Positions 7,746 through 17,821 are shown, numbered from the stretch's first letter. The stretch: 64,000 nt of DNA from an uncultured bacterium (GCA_903958395.1 CAJBSZ010000437.1:444-64443), one strand, 5' to 3'. Program-made: numbers and translations. Notes: a model not told the origin generated them from the letters alone.

Positions 7746-9785
7746 ATGCGTGATGTCATTCGACTAAATTTATGTAAGGATTCCGGGGCCGCCAGTGTGC
7801 GCGACCTGAACCATCCTGATGAAGCGGCATCTCCGGATTCTGTGTCGACGCCCTTGACGTTCCCCACAAGTTTCCATGGCAGCATTTTCCCCACTCTGGT
7901 TGTCGATTCCAAGGGGCTGATCCGGGATGCCAATGATGCCGCCCTGTTGTTTTTGGATCAGGAGCTTTCAAGCCTTAGGTCCATGATGGTTTCCGAGGTG
8001 ATTCTCAGGCTGGATGAGGTTGTCATTGATTTGATTTTCAAGGCGGCTCCACTGGGGCGTACCCTGATCATGGACGCGTTGTGTTCCCAATGCAGCGGAA
8101 TCCTGGTTCCGTGCGAGGTGATTGTCAATTATGTCGGGCAGGGGCCGGAAGGGGTCTGGTTGGCCTATCTTGTCCTGATTGAAGCCGGTAAGAGGCAGGA
8201 TACCTCTGCGGTGGCTGCGAGCACGGAAGTCAAACTGGCCCGCGCGGAACGGCTTGAAATGGCGGGTGTTGTGGCCGGGCAAATCGCCCATGATTTTAAT
8301 AACCTGCTGACTCCGATGCTGGCGTACCCGGAGCTCATTCGAAATGAGGTCAAGGGAAACCCCGTCGTGGCGGAATATCTGGATATCATTGAAAAGACGG
8401 CTGGGGACATGTCGCGGCTGACCCAGCAACTTCTCGCGTTGGCCCGTCGGGGACGCGTTGGAACCGAGGTGTTTTGCGTCAATGAGGTGATCGAACAGGT
8501 GGTCAGTGCGCTGCAGCCCATTATTTCAAAGGGCGTGACCATTGAATATGATCTGGCTGAAAATCTTCTCGAGGCCACCGGCAGTCGGGATCAGATACGG
8601 CGGGTCATCGACAACCTCTGCCAGAACGCGCTGGATGCCATGAATGGATCCGGGATCTTGAATCTGAAAAGTGAAAATGTTTATCTGGATATGCCGTTTG
8701 GGGCTTATAACGCGGTGAAGATCGGCGAATATATCAAGATTACGATTGCCGACACCGGTCCGGGCATTCCAGCCGAAATCCGGGACAAGATCTTTGATCC
8801 TTTTTTTACCACCAAACGTGTGTCTAAACAGCGTGGAAGCGGGCTCGGCCTGAGTATTGTCCACGGGATTATCCGGGATCATAAGGGTTATATCGATCTG
8901 GAATCCGTGCCTGGACAGGGTGCTAAATTCATTGTTTATATTCCCATTTCGCGGGCGCCGGGCGAGACGGCTCGCGCGGGAAGTCTCCCGCATGGAACCG
9001 AACGCATTCTCGTGGTGGATGATGATGCCCCCCAGGTGCAGGTGTTAATTCAGCTTCTGGAGGTTCTGGGATACAAGGCAACGGGAGTCGCGAGCGGAGA
9101 GGACTGCCTGGAGCGGATTCGCTCCCGGGGGATGCGTTTCGATTTGATAATTCTGGATATGGTCATGGATAAGGGAATGGATGGCCTGGCCACCTTTATG
9201 GAAATCCGGAAAACCGTTCCCGGGCAGCGTGTGATTCTCACCTCCGGTTACGCAAAATCGGCTCGTCGCATCGGCAAGGCACAGGAGCTCGGGGCGGGAA
9301 TTTTCCTGCGAAAACCCCTGACAATCGAACGCGTGGCCAAGGCGATCCGGGAGGAGTTGGATCAGCATCCCGAAGTGCCGGGCAGCGAGTCCCGGAAACG
9401 GGGACGGCGGGTTTTGATTGTGGATGACGAACTGATGATCCGGAAGCTTTTCGGAATGATTATCCAGTCTGAATTTCCGGATGCGGTCATTGACCAGGCC
9501 GCCAATGGCGATGAGGCAATGGTGGCTTTCAAGGAAACAGCGCCTGACCTGATCATCATGGATCTCCAGATGCCCGTGCGGGATGGACGGGAGACTTTTT
9601 CGGGAATGGAAAAGCTGTGTGGCGAAAATGGCCGGACTGTGCCCCCTGTGATTTTCTGCACCGGATTCACTCCGTCTGACTCGATGACGGCGATTGTCGC
9701 GGACAGTCCTATTCATTGCCTTTTGAGGAAGCCCGTGAGGGCCGAAACACTTCTGTCTGCCGTGCGAACCCGGCTTCGTTACTGA
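7746..9785 (+). CDS. Cytoplasmic PAS hybrid sensor histidine kinase with two receiver domains
   Basis: H-box [15 protein letters not shown] and ATPase motifs (DTGPGIP, GSGLGLS). REC1 is ILVVDDD...LIILDMVMD and REC2 is VLIVDDE...LIIMDLQMP. No TM segments seen. Start set at the first ATG (7746). Confidence 0.85.
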   Translation: MRDVIRLNLCKDSGAASVRDLNHPDEAASPDSVSTPLTFPTSFHGSIFPTLVVDSKGLIRDANDAALLFLDQELSSLRSMMVSEVILRLDEVVIDLIFKAAPLGRTLIMDALCSQCSGILVPCEVIVNYVGQGPEGVWLAYLVLIEAGKRQDTSAVAASTEVKLARAERLEMAGVVAGQIAHDFNNLLTPMLAYPELIRNEVKGNPVVAEYLDIIEKTAGDMSRLTQQLLALARRGRVGTEVFCVNEVIEQVVSALQPIISKGVTIEYDLAENLLEATGSRDQIRRVIDNLCQNALDAMNGSGILNLKSENVYLDMPFGAYNAVKIGEYIKITIADTGPGIPAEIRDKIFDPFFTTKRVSKQRGSGLGLSIVHGIIRDHKGYIDLESVPGQGAKFIVYIPISRAPGETARAGSLPHGTERILVVDDDAPQVQVLIQLLEVLGYKATGVASGEDCLERIRSRGMRFDLIILDMVMDKGMDGLATFMEIRKTVPGQRVILTSGYAKSARRIGKAQELGAGIFLRKPLTIERVAKAIREELDQHPEVPGSESRKRGRRVLIVDDELMIRKLFGMIIQSEFPDAVIDQAANGDEAMVAFKETAPDLIIMDLQMPVRDGRETFSGMEKLCGENGRTVPPVIFCTGFTPSDSMTAIVADSPIHCLLRKPVRAETLLSAVRTRLRY

Positions 9786-9787
9786 TC

Positions 9788-10633
9788 ATGGAGATGATCC
9801 GGTCAGTACGCGAAATGCAGCAGCGGGCTCTGGAGGAGAGGCGGAAAGGGCGCCTGATCGGGTTTGTTCCCACAATGGGGTGCCTTCATGCGGGGCATTT
9901 ATCATTGGTGAAGCTTGCCCGCGCCCGGGCGGATCTTGTGGTGCTTAGTATTTTCGTTAATCCAATTCAGTTTCTTCCCGGGGAGGATTTTGCCTGTTAT
10001 CCGCGCCCGGTCGAGCGTGATGAGGCATTGTGTCTGGCCGCCGGGGTGGATGTTCTTTTCTATCCCGATAACGATCAGATGTATGCGCCGGATCACAGTG
10101 TGGTTATTCAGGAAACCTTTCTGTCGCAGGGGTTGTGCGGAGCCAGTCGGCCGGGTCATTTCAACGGCGTCGCAACCGTGGTGGCAAAACTGTTCAATAT
10201 CGTTATGCCTGATGTTGCGGTATTCGGCCAGAAAGATGCCCAGCAACTTCGGGTCATTCATCGGATGATCCGGGATCTTAATGTCCCGGTTGAAATCATT
10301 TCCGGGCCGATTGTGCGTGAGGCTGATGGATTGGCGATGAGCTCCCGAAACCGGTATCTCACCCCTGCTGAACGCCAGGACGCGCTTTGCCTCCATCGGT
10401 CACTGGATTATGTGGAAAGCCGCATCCGGGAAGGGGAGCGCGACGTGGAGACGCTCCGGAATGAACTGGCGAGTCGACTAGCCCATGTTCCTTCTGCCCG
10501 CGTGGAATACATCGAATTTGTGAACGATGAAACGCTCCGCCCTGTGGCGCGGGTCGAGGGTGCGGTACTGGTCGCGCTGGCGATCCGGATCGGGACAACC
10601 CGCTTGATTGATAATACCGTGCTCCGATCCTGA
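9788..10633 (+). CDS. panC: Pantoate--beta-alanine ligase
   Basis: VPTMGCLHAGHLSL (HxGH) and a pantothenate synthetase-like sequence throughout. The ATG lies 2 nt after the kinase stop. Confidence 0.95.
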   Translation: MEMIRSVREMQQRALEERRKGRLIGFVPTMGCLHAGHLSLVKLARARADLVVLSIFVNPIQFLPGEDFACYPRPVERDEALCLAAGVDVLFYPDNDQMYAPDHSVVIQETFLSQGLCGASRPGHFNGVATVVAKLFNIVMPDVAVFGQKDAQQLRVIHRMIRDLNVPVEIISGPIVREADGLAMSSRNRYLTPAERQDALCLHRSLDYVESRIREGERDVETLRNELASRLAHVPSARVEYIEFVNDETLRPVARVEGAVLVALAIRIGTTRLIDNTVLRS

Positions 10634-10647
10634 CGGGGTCGATTGAG

Positions 10648-10887
10648 TCAGGGCTTGACCGGTGTGACTTTCTGGTCGTCGTTTCCGGAAGTGATTTCCG
10701 GTTCGGCTTTGGATCCCGGTGATTCGCCTTGGGCGGTCGTATTGGTGGTCTCCGCAATCATCTCGTCCTCCTCGTTGCCATAATCCGGGGCTTTTACAAA
10801 CCGGGGTACAGCCAAGGCGGCCAGCAATAAGACAAGGGCAACCAGAATTAGAACATCAGCAAACGTCAAACCACTTCGTTTGTTCAT
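10648..10887 (-). CDS. Small membrane-anchored protein with a degenerate prepilin-like N-terminus
   Basis: MNKRSG/LTFADVLILVALVLLLAALAV followed by an acidic, low-complexity tail. It resembles the G-FTLxE prepilin signal but has D at +5. Confidence 0.4.
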   Translation of the reverse strand: MNKRSGLTFADVLILVALVLLLAALAVPRFVKAPDYGNEEDEMIAETTNTTAQGESPGSKAEPEITSGNDDQKVTPVKP

Positions 10888-10918
10888 TCCGGGAGTCTAA
10901 ATCACCGTGCCCGTGGCG

Positions 10919-11542
10919 TCAACAGTGTTGGTTTTTTTGGAATGAACAGCGGTTTGCGGTTTTGCCCTGGGCTCTAAAAATGAGGCTGAAATCAGTTTCC
11001 TCGGCCTCAGTGGGGAAGAACGGTTCGCACTCACGGAACCGGGCGTCAGGCCGCCAGTGGTGAAGGATGGCCGAATAGTAGTCGTCATGGTCTGTACAAA
11101 TATGGATGACTCCGTCCGGGGCAAGGGCCCGGAAGATAAGATCCATGAAAAGGGGCGAAACGAGCCTGCGGGAATGATGACGTCGCTTCGGCCAGGGGTC
11201 GGGGAAGAAAACGTAAAAAACGGCGACTGATTCCGCAGGGAGTTGGGGGAGCAGACGAAGCGCATCGTCCTGAACAAGCCGGATGTTTAGGAACCCGAGG
11301 GCAACCGCCTTCCGGTCTATTTTCCTTAACCTCAACAGGCAGCGGTCAATGCCAAGGAAATTCCGGTCTGGCTGGACTTGTGCCCGGGCAAGAAGAAACC
11401 GTCCGCGTCCGCACCCGATATCCACTTCCAGGGGGCGGGATAGGGGGTAGAGTCCGGACAGGGGGAGGAATTCCTTTTCCGCTGGAACCGGCACGATATA
11501 GTGATCGTGAAAATCACGATTGTTGACACGTTCTCGAACCAT
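10919..11542 (-). CDS. trmB: tRNA (guanine-N7)-methyltransferase
   Basis: DIGCGRGRFLL SAM-binding motif and FFPDPWPKRRHHSRRL, characteristic of TrmB. Confidence 0.9.
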   Translation of the reverse strand: MVRERVNNRDFHDHYIVPVPAEKEFLPLSGLYPLSRPLEVDIGCGRGRFLLARAQVQPDRNFLGIDRCLLRLRKIDRKAVALGFLNIRLVQDDALRLLPQLPAESVAVFYVFFPDPWPKRRHHSRRLVSPLFMDLIFRALAPDGVIHICTDHDDYYSAILHHWRPDARFRECEPFFPTEAEETDFSLIFRAQGKTANRCSFQKNQHC

Positions 11543-11571
11543 ACGAGGGAAGGGGACTCAGAGGAGATGCT

Positions 11572-11925
11572 TTATGATCGCCCGAAAAGGCGCGTGAAAA
11601 AGCCGGGGCGATCCACGCGATCCATTTCGCTTTCGATATAGGTAAGGGCAAAAACCTGAAATTTTCCACTGGAGGGCGGCTTGTAATGTCGTGTGGCGGA
11701 AACCAGGCCTTCTTTACCGGCTTCGATATACCGGTTGATGGAGGCCGTTTCCGGGGTCCTTTTTTTCGCCAAAGAGGTCAACAGCGGCATGAACATCTGA
11801 ATCAAGCGCGTTTTGGCTTCCCAGTCATTTCTGCGGCAGGACTCCACATCACGGTCAATGGCCTTGTCGCGTTCGACATCCGGGTGCGACGCCTCGTCCT
11901 GTCTGAGATTTAAGGCAATCTTCAT
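11572..11925 (-). CDS. Sigma-70 region-2-like miniprotein (no region 3 or 4)
   Basis: 117 aa. WEAKTRLIQMFMPLLTSLAKKR...YIEAGKEGLVSATRHYKPPSSGKFQVFALTYIESEM follows the sigma region 2.1-2.3 pattern, then the protein ends. Confidence 0.5.
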   Translation of the reverse strand: MKIALNLRQDEASHPDVERDKAIDRDVESCRRNDWEAKTRLIQMFMPLLTSLAKKRTPETASINRYIEAGKEGLVSATRHYKPPSSGKFQVFALTYIESEMDRVDRPGFFTRLFGRS

Positions 11926-11994
11926 CGCCGGCTACTCCTTGATGGGGTGTTTCGATTTCCTGTCAGGCCGTAAGTAATCATATCGGGGAGTCGG

Positions 11995-12906
11995 TTACAA
12001 GGGACGTTTGAGGGCGTGTGTGAAAAAAAACACACCGAGGACACACAAGCCGTAAAGCGCGAGATCGGCGATCAGGACACGGTCAGTCAACAGGGTTTTC
12101 TCAGGTCTGCCCCCGCCTTCTTTTCTGTAGACCAGGTCGAGATACCGGAAGATTCCAAAAATGACGAAGGGAATGGTCGTGGATAGGAGTGAGGTGCCGA
12201 ACTTGTGAACGGTATCAGGCGATAGTGTATAAATGGAGTAGGACACGATGGTTGCGGCGCTGGCAATGGCAATAAGCTGGTCGAGCAGCTTCGGGTCGTA
12301 GTATTCAAGGCTGGCGCGGTGTGAGTCTGCGGCGTCTTCCAGGAGTAGCTTTTCATGACGTCTCTTGCAGAGGGCCAGAAACAGGGCGAGTAGAAAAGCG
12401 CAGACCAGAAGCCATGGGGAAATGGGGACCGAGATGGCAAGACCGCCTCCCGCGGCTCTCAGGACAAAGCCCAGGGCGATGATAAAGACATCCACCAACG
12501 CCAGCTTTTTAAGCCAGAGCGTGTAGACCAGTTGCATGGCAATGTACACGGCCACCACGATGGCGAACAGGGGGGCAAGCTGAAATGAGCCCGCCAGTGA
12601 TATCCCGAGCAGGATCGCTGAAAGTGCGGCCGCGAGCGGAACACTCACCCGTCCCTCAGCAAGGGGCCGAAAGCGCTTGGTGGGATGAACGCGGTCGGCG
12701 GCAAGATCCCGGATATCGTTCGCGAGATAGATCCCGCTGGACGCCAGGCAGAAAAGGCCTGCAGCCGCCAGAATCTGGAAAAGGGACAGCCGCGTGAGCA
12801 TCAAGCTAGGGTCACCGAAGGCAAAGAAAAAAGCAGCCAGAACAACCAGATTTTTTGTCCACTGGTTTGGCCGGAGTGCCCGCAGGATGTCCAGCGGACG
12901 ATTCAT
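11995..12906 (-). CDS. UbiA-family prenyltransferase, decaprenyl-phosphate phosphoribosyltransferase-like
   Basis: Polytopic membrane protein. RALRPNQWTKNLVVLAAFFFA and NDIRDLAADRVHPTKRFRP are UbiA Asp-rich motifs. Start at the internal ATG (12904-12906), which overlaps the upstream GT2 stop (TGATG). Confidence 0.8.
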   Translation of the reverse strand: MNRPLDILRALRPNQWTKNLVVLAAFFFAFGDPSLMLTRLSLFQILAAAGLFCLASSGIYLANDIRDLAADRVHPTKRFRPLAEGRVSVPLAAALSAILLGISLAGSFQLAPLFAIVVAVYIAMQLVYTLWLKKLALVDVFIIALGFVLRAAGGGLAISVPISPWLLVCAFLLALFLALCKRRHEKLLLEDAADSHRASLEYYDPKLLDQLIAIASAATIVSYSIYTLSPDTVHKFGTSLLSTTIPFVIFGIFRYLDLVYRKEGGGRPEKTLLTDRVLIADLALYGLCVLGVFFFTHALKRPL

Positions 12907-13658
12907 CAGGCGGACTCCGGAGTGGGTCTTTCCGTCCGGCGCGGAGAGCGGCGGAGCCCATTTCTGAACCACAAAAGCCAGACCATTCTCAAGGCCTCTC
13001 TGAAAATTTTTCGACTCATTTTCGAGTAGCCGGAATGGCGGTCTTCAAAAGTGATGGGGATTTCCCGGATGGTGAAGCCCCGCGTCCAGGCCGTATGAGT
13101 CATCTCGATCTGGAACGAATACCCGTTTGATTTTATCCGGTTGAGTGGAATGGTTTCGAGAACCCGGCGGTGGAAGCATTTGAACCCGCCGGTGGGATCC
13201 AGAAAAGGCATTCCAGTGATCAGTTTCACATACAAGGCACCCCCCATGCTTAGAATGAGGCGGCTCAGGGGCCAGTTTGTGATGCGGATCCCGTTGATGT
13301 AACGCGAGCCGAGAATCAGGTCGGCTTCTTTGGCGGCCTTCAGAAAGGCGGGGATCTCAACCGGATTATGCGAGAAGTCCGCATCCATTTCAAAGATGAA
13401 CTCGTACTGCCGTTTCAACGCCCATTGAAATCCCTCGATGTAAGCGCGGCCCAAGCCGGACTTGATCGCCTGGTGAATCACAAAAATCCGGGAGTCGGCG
13501 GCGACCATCTCATCAAGAATCTGGCCGGTACCGTCCGGTGAGTTGGCGTCGACAAAAAGGATGTCGACATCCGGATTAATGTCCAGAATCGCCTTTGAAA
13601 TCGGCCTGACATTTTCTTTTTCGTCGTAGGTCGGAATAATGATCAGAACGGTGTTCAT
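12906..13658 (-). CDS. GT2 polyprenol-phosphate mannosyltransferase (Dpm1/Ppm1-like)
   Basis: IIIPTYDEKENV, FVDANSPDGT, EMDADFSH and GSRY...NWPLSRL...DPTGGFKCF, typical of Dpm1-type GT2 enzymes. Confidence 0.85.
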   Translation of the reverse strand: MNTVLIIIPTYDEKENVRPISKAILDINPDVDILFVDANSPDGTGQILDEMVAADSRIFVIHQAIKSGLGRAYIEGFQWALKRQYEFIFEMDADFSHNPVEIPAFLKAAKEADLILGSRYINGIRITNWPLSRLILSMGGALYVKLITGMPFLDPTGGFKCFHRRVLETIPLNRIKSNGYSFQIEMTHTAWTRGFTIREIPITFEDRHSGYSKMSRKIFREALRMVWLLWFRNGLRRSPRRTERPTPESA

Positions 13659-13711
13659 AGGGTCGAGTATGGCTGAACAGCTTGCTTTTGGACAAGAAAA
13701 TACGGTTTGAA

Positions 13712-14239
13712 TCAGGGTTGGGTGTTAAGTCCCCATTGAAACGCAGCCAGATTACGGGCCAGGGTTATGGGATTTCCAGACAAGAAATCGCGGAGTAACT
13801 GTTGGATCCGGATCGGCCTGACCACGTTTTGACGGGTCATAAGGGCGCCCAGCATGATGAGATTGGCGACCTGCTGGTCGCCTAGGCGGTCGGCTTCCCG
13901 GGTCGCCTCGATCTGGATCCGGCCGGATGCGGCCGGGCAGGAGATGAGGGAGCTGTTAATGACGGCCACTCCGTTTGGGGCGAGGGAGTGAAGAAACTTT
14001 TCCGTACCCTGAGGCGTCATGAGAATCATCAGGTCAAACTCCTGTGAAACCGGCGAGGCGATTTCCATGGGGCTGAGAATGACCTGGCAGGAAGAATCTC
14101 CGCCCCGAACCTCGGCGCCATAGGAGGGGAAGAAGGTAATGTGCGGGGCGCTTTCAAGGGCGGCGTTGGCCAGCAATTTTCCCATAAAAACAATGCCCTG
14201 CCCACCGGATCCAGCCATCAGGATACGCGTCATGTTCAT
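13712..14239 (-). CDS. 2-oxoacid:ferredoxin oxidoreductase, gamma subunit
   Basis: 175 aa with MAGSGGQGIVFMGKLL. 4-nt overlap with the beta subunit gene. Confidence 0.85.
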   Translation of the reverse strand: MNMTRILMAGSGGQGIVFMGKLLANAALESAPHITFFPSYGAEVRGGDSSCQVILSPMEIASPVSQEFDLMILMTPQGTEKFLHSLAPNGVAVINSSLISCPAASGRIQIEATREADRLGDQQVANLIMLGALMTRQNVVRPIRIQQLLRDFLSGNPITLARNLAAFQWGLNTQP

Positions 14240-15018
14240 GTCACGGGTTTCCCCTCTTTCCTGAACACCCCCAGGGGGAAGGCCGGAATCATACCTTCCT
14301 TAATGAATCGGACAGCGTCCCGTGGGGTCAGCCGCATATGAATGGGGCAGGGCGACAGGATTTCAATCAGGCTATAGCCTTTTCCCTCCATCTGGCCCTT
14401 GAAGGCGGTCAGGAGTGCTTTTCGGGCCTTTCGAATTCCCGCCGGGCCATCCAGTGCAACCCGTTCAATATGCCAAGGGGAATCCAGGGTGTTCAGGAGT
14501 TCGCAGATCCGGATCGGTGTCCCCATACTACGGCTGTCCCGTCCGCAGGGGGAGGTGGCGGTTTTCTGGCCGTTCAAGGTGGTGGGTGCCATCTGGCCGC
14601 CGGTCATCCCGTAAACCGAATTGTTGACAAACACGACGGTGATATTTTCCCCGCGATTGGCGGCGTGGATCGTCTCGGCCATCCCGATGGCGGCCAGGTC
14701 GCCATCTCCCTGATAGGAGAAGACGATCCGATCCGGCAGGCAGCGTTTGATTCCGGTTGCGACGGCGGGTGTCCGGCCATGAGCCGCCTCACTAATGTCG
14801 CAATTGAGGTAATAATAGGCCATGACGGCACAGCCCACGGGTGCCACCCCGATAGTTTTTTCACGGATTTTCAGGGTGTCGAGTACTTCCGCGATCAATT
14901 TATGGGCAGTTCCATGGCCGCAGCCGGGACAGAAGTGGGTGGGGCGATCCACAAGGGAAAGGGGGCGGCGATAGATGATCCGGTCCGTTTTTTTCGGGCG
15001 GGAGCGAGAGGTGCTCAT
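14236..15018 (-). CDS. 2-oxoacid:ferredoxin oxidoreductase, beta (TPP-binding) subunit
   Basis: FCPGCGHG and GDGDLAAIG...NNSVYGMTGGQ TPP-binding motifs. Confidence 0.9.
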   Translation of the reverse strand: MSTSRSRPKKTDRIIYRRPLSLVDRPTHFCPGCGHGTAHKLIAEVLDTLKIREKTIGVAPVGCAVMAYYYLNCDISEAAHGRTPAVATGIKRCLPDRIVFSYQGDGDLAAIGMAETIHAANRGENITVVFVNNSVYGMTGGQMAPTTLNGQKTATSPCGRDSRSMGTPIRICELLNTLDSPWHIERVALDGPAGIRKARKALLTAFKGQMEGKGYSLIEILSPCPIHMRLTPRDAVRFIKEGMIPAFPLGVFRKEGKPVT

Positions 15019-16091
15019 GATCGGGCGCCTTTCCGGGTCGGCTTGTTCAGGTGCTGGAGAGCGGTCAACACATCAGATTCTTCCGGCACGGCTCCCCCCA
15101 TTCGCCCTTCAAAGGCAATGGGAGACCGCTCGCCAACAGCCAGTTGGACGTCTTCCAGCATCTGGCCGGCACTCATCTCCACCACGAGGATTCCCTTGAC
15201 CTTCGCCGCAAGCTGTCGAATCCGGGCACGGGGGAAAGGCCACAGGGTGATCGGGCGCAGCAGGCCCGCCTTGATGCCTTTGGCCCGGGCCTGATCCACG
15301 GCGCCCTTCGCGATCCGGGCACTGCTTCCATAGGCGATGGCAAGCACCTGGGCGTCCTGGGTCAGGTACTCATCAAAGCCCACAAGTTCAGCGAGGATGG
15401 TTTTATACTTGGCCTGAAGGATCAAATTCCGCTCCTCCAGGGCATCGACTTCCAGGAGTAGTGACCGGATATGATTGGGCTTGCGATTCCGGGCTCCCGT
15501 CAGGCTCCAGGGTTTCGGTGGAGATTTCGGAGGGGCCCCCTTATAGAGCACCAGCGGTTCCATCATCTGGCCCAACCGTCCATCGGTGAGGATCATGACG
15601 GGATTCCGGTAACGATCCGCGAGGGCAAAAGCGTCAATCGTGAAGTCGTGCATTTCCTGCACGGAGTTGGGCGCCAGCACAATGAGATGGTAATCCCCGT
15701 GGCCGCCGCCCTTGGTGGCCTGGAAATAGTCAGCCTGGGAGGGTGCGATATTGCCCAGTCCGGGCCCTCCGCGCTGGACATTGACGACGACTGCCGGCAA
15801 CTCGGCGGCGGCGAGATAGGACAGCCCTTCCTGTTTCAAGCTGATTCCCGGCGAGGAGGAACTGGTCATGGCCCGTTTCCCGGTGACGACCGCCCCGAAG
15901 ACCATATTGATTGCCGCCACTTCACTTTCCGCCTGAATGAACACCCGGCCATGCTCCGGCATGTGTTTCGCCATGTAGGATGTCAGTTCATTCTGCGGGG
16001 TGATCGGGTAGCCGAAGTAGGCGTGGCAACCGGCGCGGATTGCGCCTTCGCCGATGGCATCATTGCCGTTCATGAGGACGCGGTTATGCAT
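15015..16091 (-). CDS. 2-oxoacid:ferredoxin oxidoreductase, alpha subunit
   Basis: MNGNDAIGEGAIRAGCHAYFGYPITPQNE N-terminus. Overlaps both neighbouring subunit genes. Confidence 0.9.
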   Translation of the reverse strand: MHNRVLMNGNDAIGEGAIRAGCHAYFGYPITPQNELTSYMAKHMPEHGRVFIQAESEVAAINMVFGAVVTGKRAMTSSSSPGISLKQEGLSYLAAAELPAVVVNVQRGGPGLGNIAPSQADYFQATKGGGHGDYHLIVLAPNSVQEMHDFTIDAFALADRYRNPVMILTDGRLGQMMEPLVLYKGAPPKSPPKPWSLTGARNRKPNHIRSLLLEVDALEERNLILQAKYKTILAELVGFDEYLTQDAQVLAIAYGSSARIAKGAVDQARAKGIKAGLLRPITLWPFPRARIRQLAAKVKGILVVEMSAGQMLEDVQLAVGERSPIAFEGRMGGAVPEESDVLTALQHLNKPTRKGARS

Positions 16092-16317
16092 GACGGTTCA
16101 TTTCTTCCCGGAGCTCAATGGCGGTGTCCGGGCACATATCGGAACAATTCGCGCATCCGATGCAGGAGGATGGGTTTGCTGCCCGGGTGAAGTGGTACCC
16201 CCGTGGATTTATTTCCCCTGACAGTTCAAGAACCTGACGGGGACAAACCGAAATGCACAATTCACATCCCTTGCAACGATTCCTGTCGATGCGTACGGTA
16301 TAGGTTCTGGCCTTCAT
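16084..16317 (-). CDS. 2-oxoacid:ferredoxin oxidoreductase, delta (2x[4Fe-4S] ferredoxin) subunit
   Basis: 77 aa with CKGCELCISVCP and CIGCANCSDMCP cluster motifs. Confidence 0.85.
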   Translation of the reverse strand: MKARTYTVRIDRNRCKGCELCISVCPRQVLELSGEINPRGYHFTRAANPSSCIGCANCSDMCPDTAIELREEMNRHA

Positions 16318-16327
16318 TCAGGCTCCA

Positions 16328-17821
16328 TCAGGAACGATAATTCGGTGCTTCCTTCATGATTTTTACATCATGGGGATGCGCTTCGGTCACGCCTGCCTGG
16401 GAAACGCGGATGAAGCGTCCCCGCTGCTGAAGTTCATCCAGGGAACGGCAACCGCAGTATCCCATGGAGGCCCGGAGCCCCCCGCAAAACTGGACCATGA
16501 CTTTCCGGACCGAACCCGTATAAGGGATGATTCCCTCGATGCCCTGTGGGACCAGTTCATCTTCCCGGATATTGGATTGGCCATACCGTTCCCGACTGGC
16601 CGCGCCTTCCCGCATGGCCGCCAGGCTTCCCATTCCCCGATAAACGACATACTGACGTCCCTGATGGATGATTTTTTCGCCGGGGCTCTCGTCGGTTCCG
16701 GCAAAAAGTGATCCGGCCATAATGGTGTCGGCTCCGGCCACAATGGCCTTGGGGACGTCGCCTGAGTGCCGGATTCCTCCATCTGCGATGATGGGGATCG
16801 AGCCGCCCAGGGCCTTGGCACATTCATAGATGGCGGTAATCTGGGGAATTCCCACGCCGGCCACGACGCGGGTGGTGCAGATGGAGCCCGGGCCGATGCC
16901 CACTTTAACCGCATCCGCCCCTGCGTCCCGAAGGGCGACGGCGGCCTCGCCGGTTGCAATGTTGCCGGCGACGACATCGATGCCCGGGTGGTTCTTTTTC
17001 ACCCACTTTACCATATCCATCACGCCTTTGCTATGCCCGTGGGCGGTGTCTACAATCACGACATCCACTTCTTCCCGGGCCAGCACGGCGACACGATCCT
17101 GGTCATTCGGACCGATAGCCGCCCCGACGCGCAGCCGGTAACGGGAGTCGCGATTGTACAACGGCTCGACATTTTCAATCAGGGTCCGGACATCGCAGAA
17201 ACTGTACAGCCCGGCGAGTTTTCCGTTGCCGTCCACCAGGGGTAGTTTGCCGATCCGGTGTTTTTTCATCAGGTTGTAGGCTTCCTGAAGGGTGGTTTCG
17301 GCAGGAGCCGAAATCACATGGGAAGTCATGACTTCCGTGACGCGGGCCTTGTGATCGCTGGCGAATTTAATGTCGGCGGCGGTCAGGATACCCACGACGC
17401 GGTCGTTCTCGTCCAGAATCGGAAACCCGCTGAAACTGTAGCCCTTCTGTTCCTTGGTTTTGTTGATAGTTTCCAGGGTATCGGTATTGCGGAAGGCGAT
17501 GGGGGCCCGGATCATTCCGTTGAGGTAGTGTTTGACGCGGGCTACGTGATCGGCCTGGCGTTTCGGGGACAGGTTTTTGTGGACGATCCCGATGCCACCG
17601 AGAAGGGCCATGGCAATCGCCATCGGACTTTCCGTCACCGTGTCCATGGCGGCGCTGACGAAGGGGATATTCACCGAGATATTTCGGGTCAGCCGGCTCC
17701 GGATTTCGGCGTTTTCCGGGAGGAAATCCGCATACTGGGTGATCAGCGATACATCGTCAAAAGTCAGCCCCTCCAGAGGGAACTTATCCATAAACGACTG
17801 TATAAAGGCATTCAGGTTCAT
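16328..17821 (-). CDS. guaB: Inosine-5'-monophosphate dehydrogenase
   Basis: Active-site loop [11 protein letters not shown], a CBS pair and the GGIRHSGD motif. Start moved to the internal ATG (MNLNAFIQ, 17819-17821). Confidence 0.95.
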   Translation of the reverse strand: MNLNAFIQSFMDKFPLEGLTFDDVSLITQYADFLPENAEIRSRLTRNISVNIPFVSAAMDTVTESPMAIAMALLGGIGIVHKNLSPKRQADHVARVKHYLNGMIRAPIAFRNTDTLETINKTKEQKGYSFSGFPILDENDRVVGILTAADIKFASDHKARVTEVMTSHVISAPAETTLQEAYNLMKKHRIGKLPLVDGNGKLAGLYSFCDVRTLIENVEPLYNRDSRYRLRVGAAIGPNDQDRVAVLAREEVDVVIVDTAHGHSKGVMDMVKWVKKNHPGIDVVAGNIATGEAAVALRDAGADAVKVGIGPGSICTTRVVAGVGIPQITAIYECAKALGGSIPIIADGGIRHSGDVPKAIVAGADTIMAGSLFAGTDESPGEKIIHQGRQYVVYRGMGSLAAMREGAASRERYGQSNIREDELVPQGIEGIIPYTGSVRKVMVQFCGGLRASMGYCGCRSLDELQQRGRFIRVSQAGVTEAHPHDVKIMKEAPNYRS

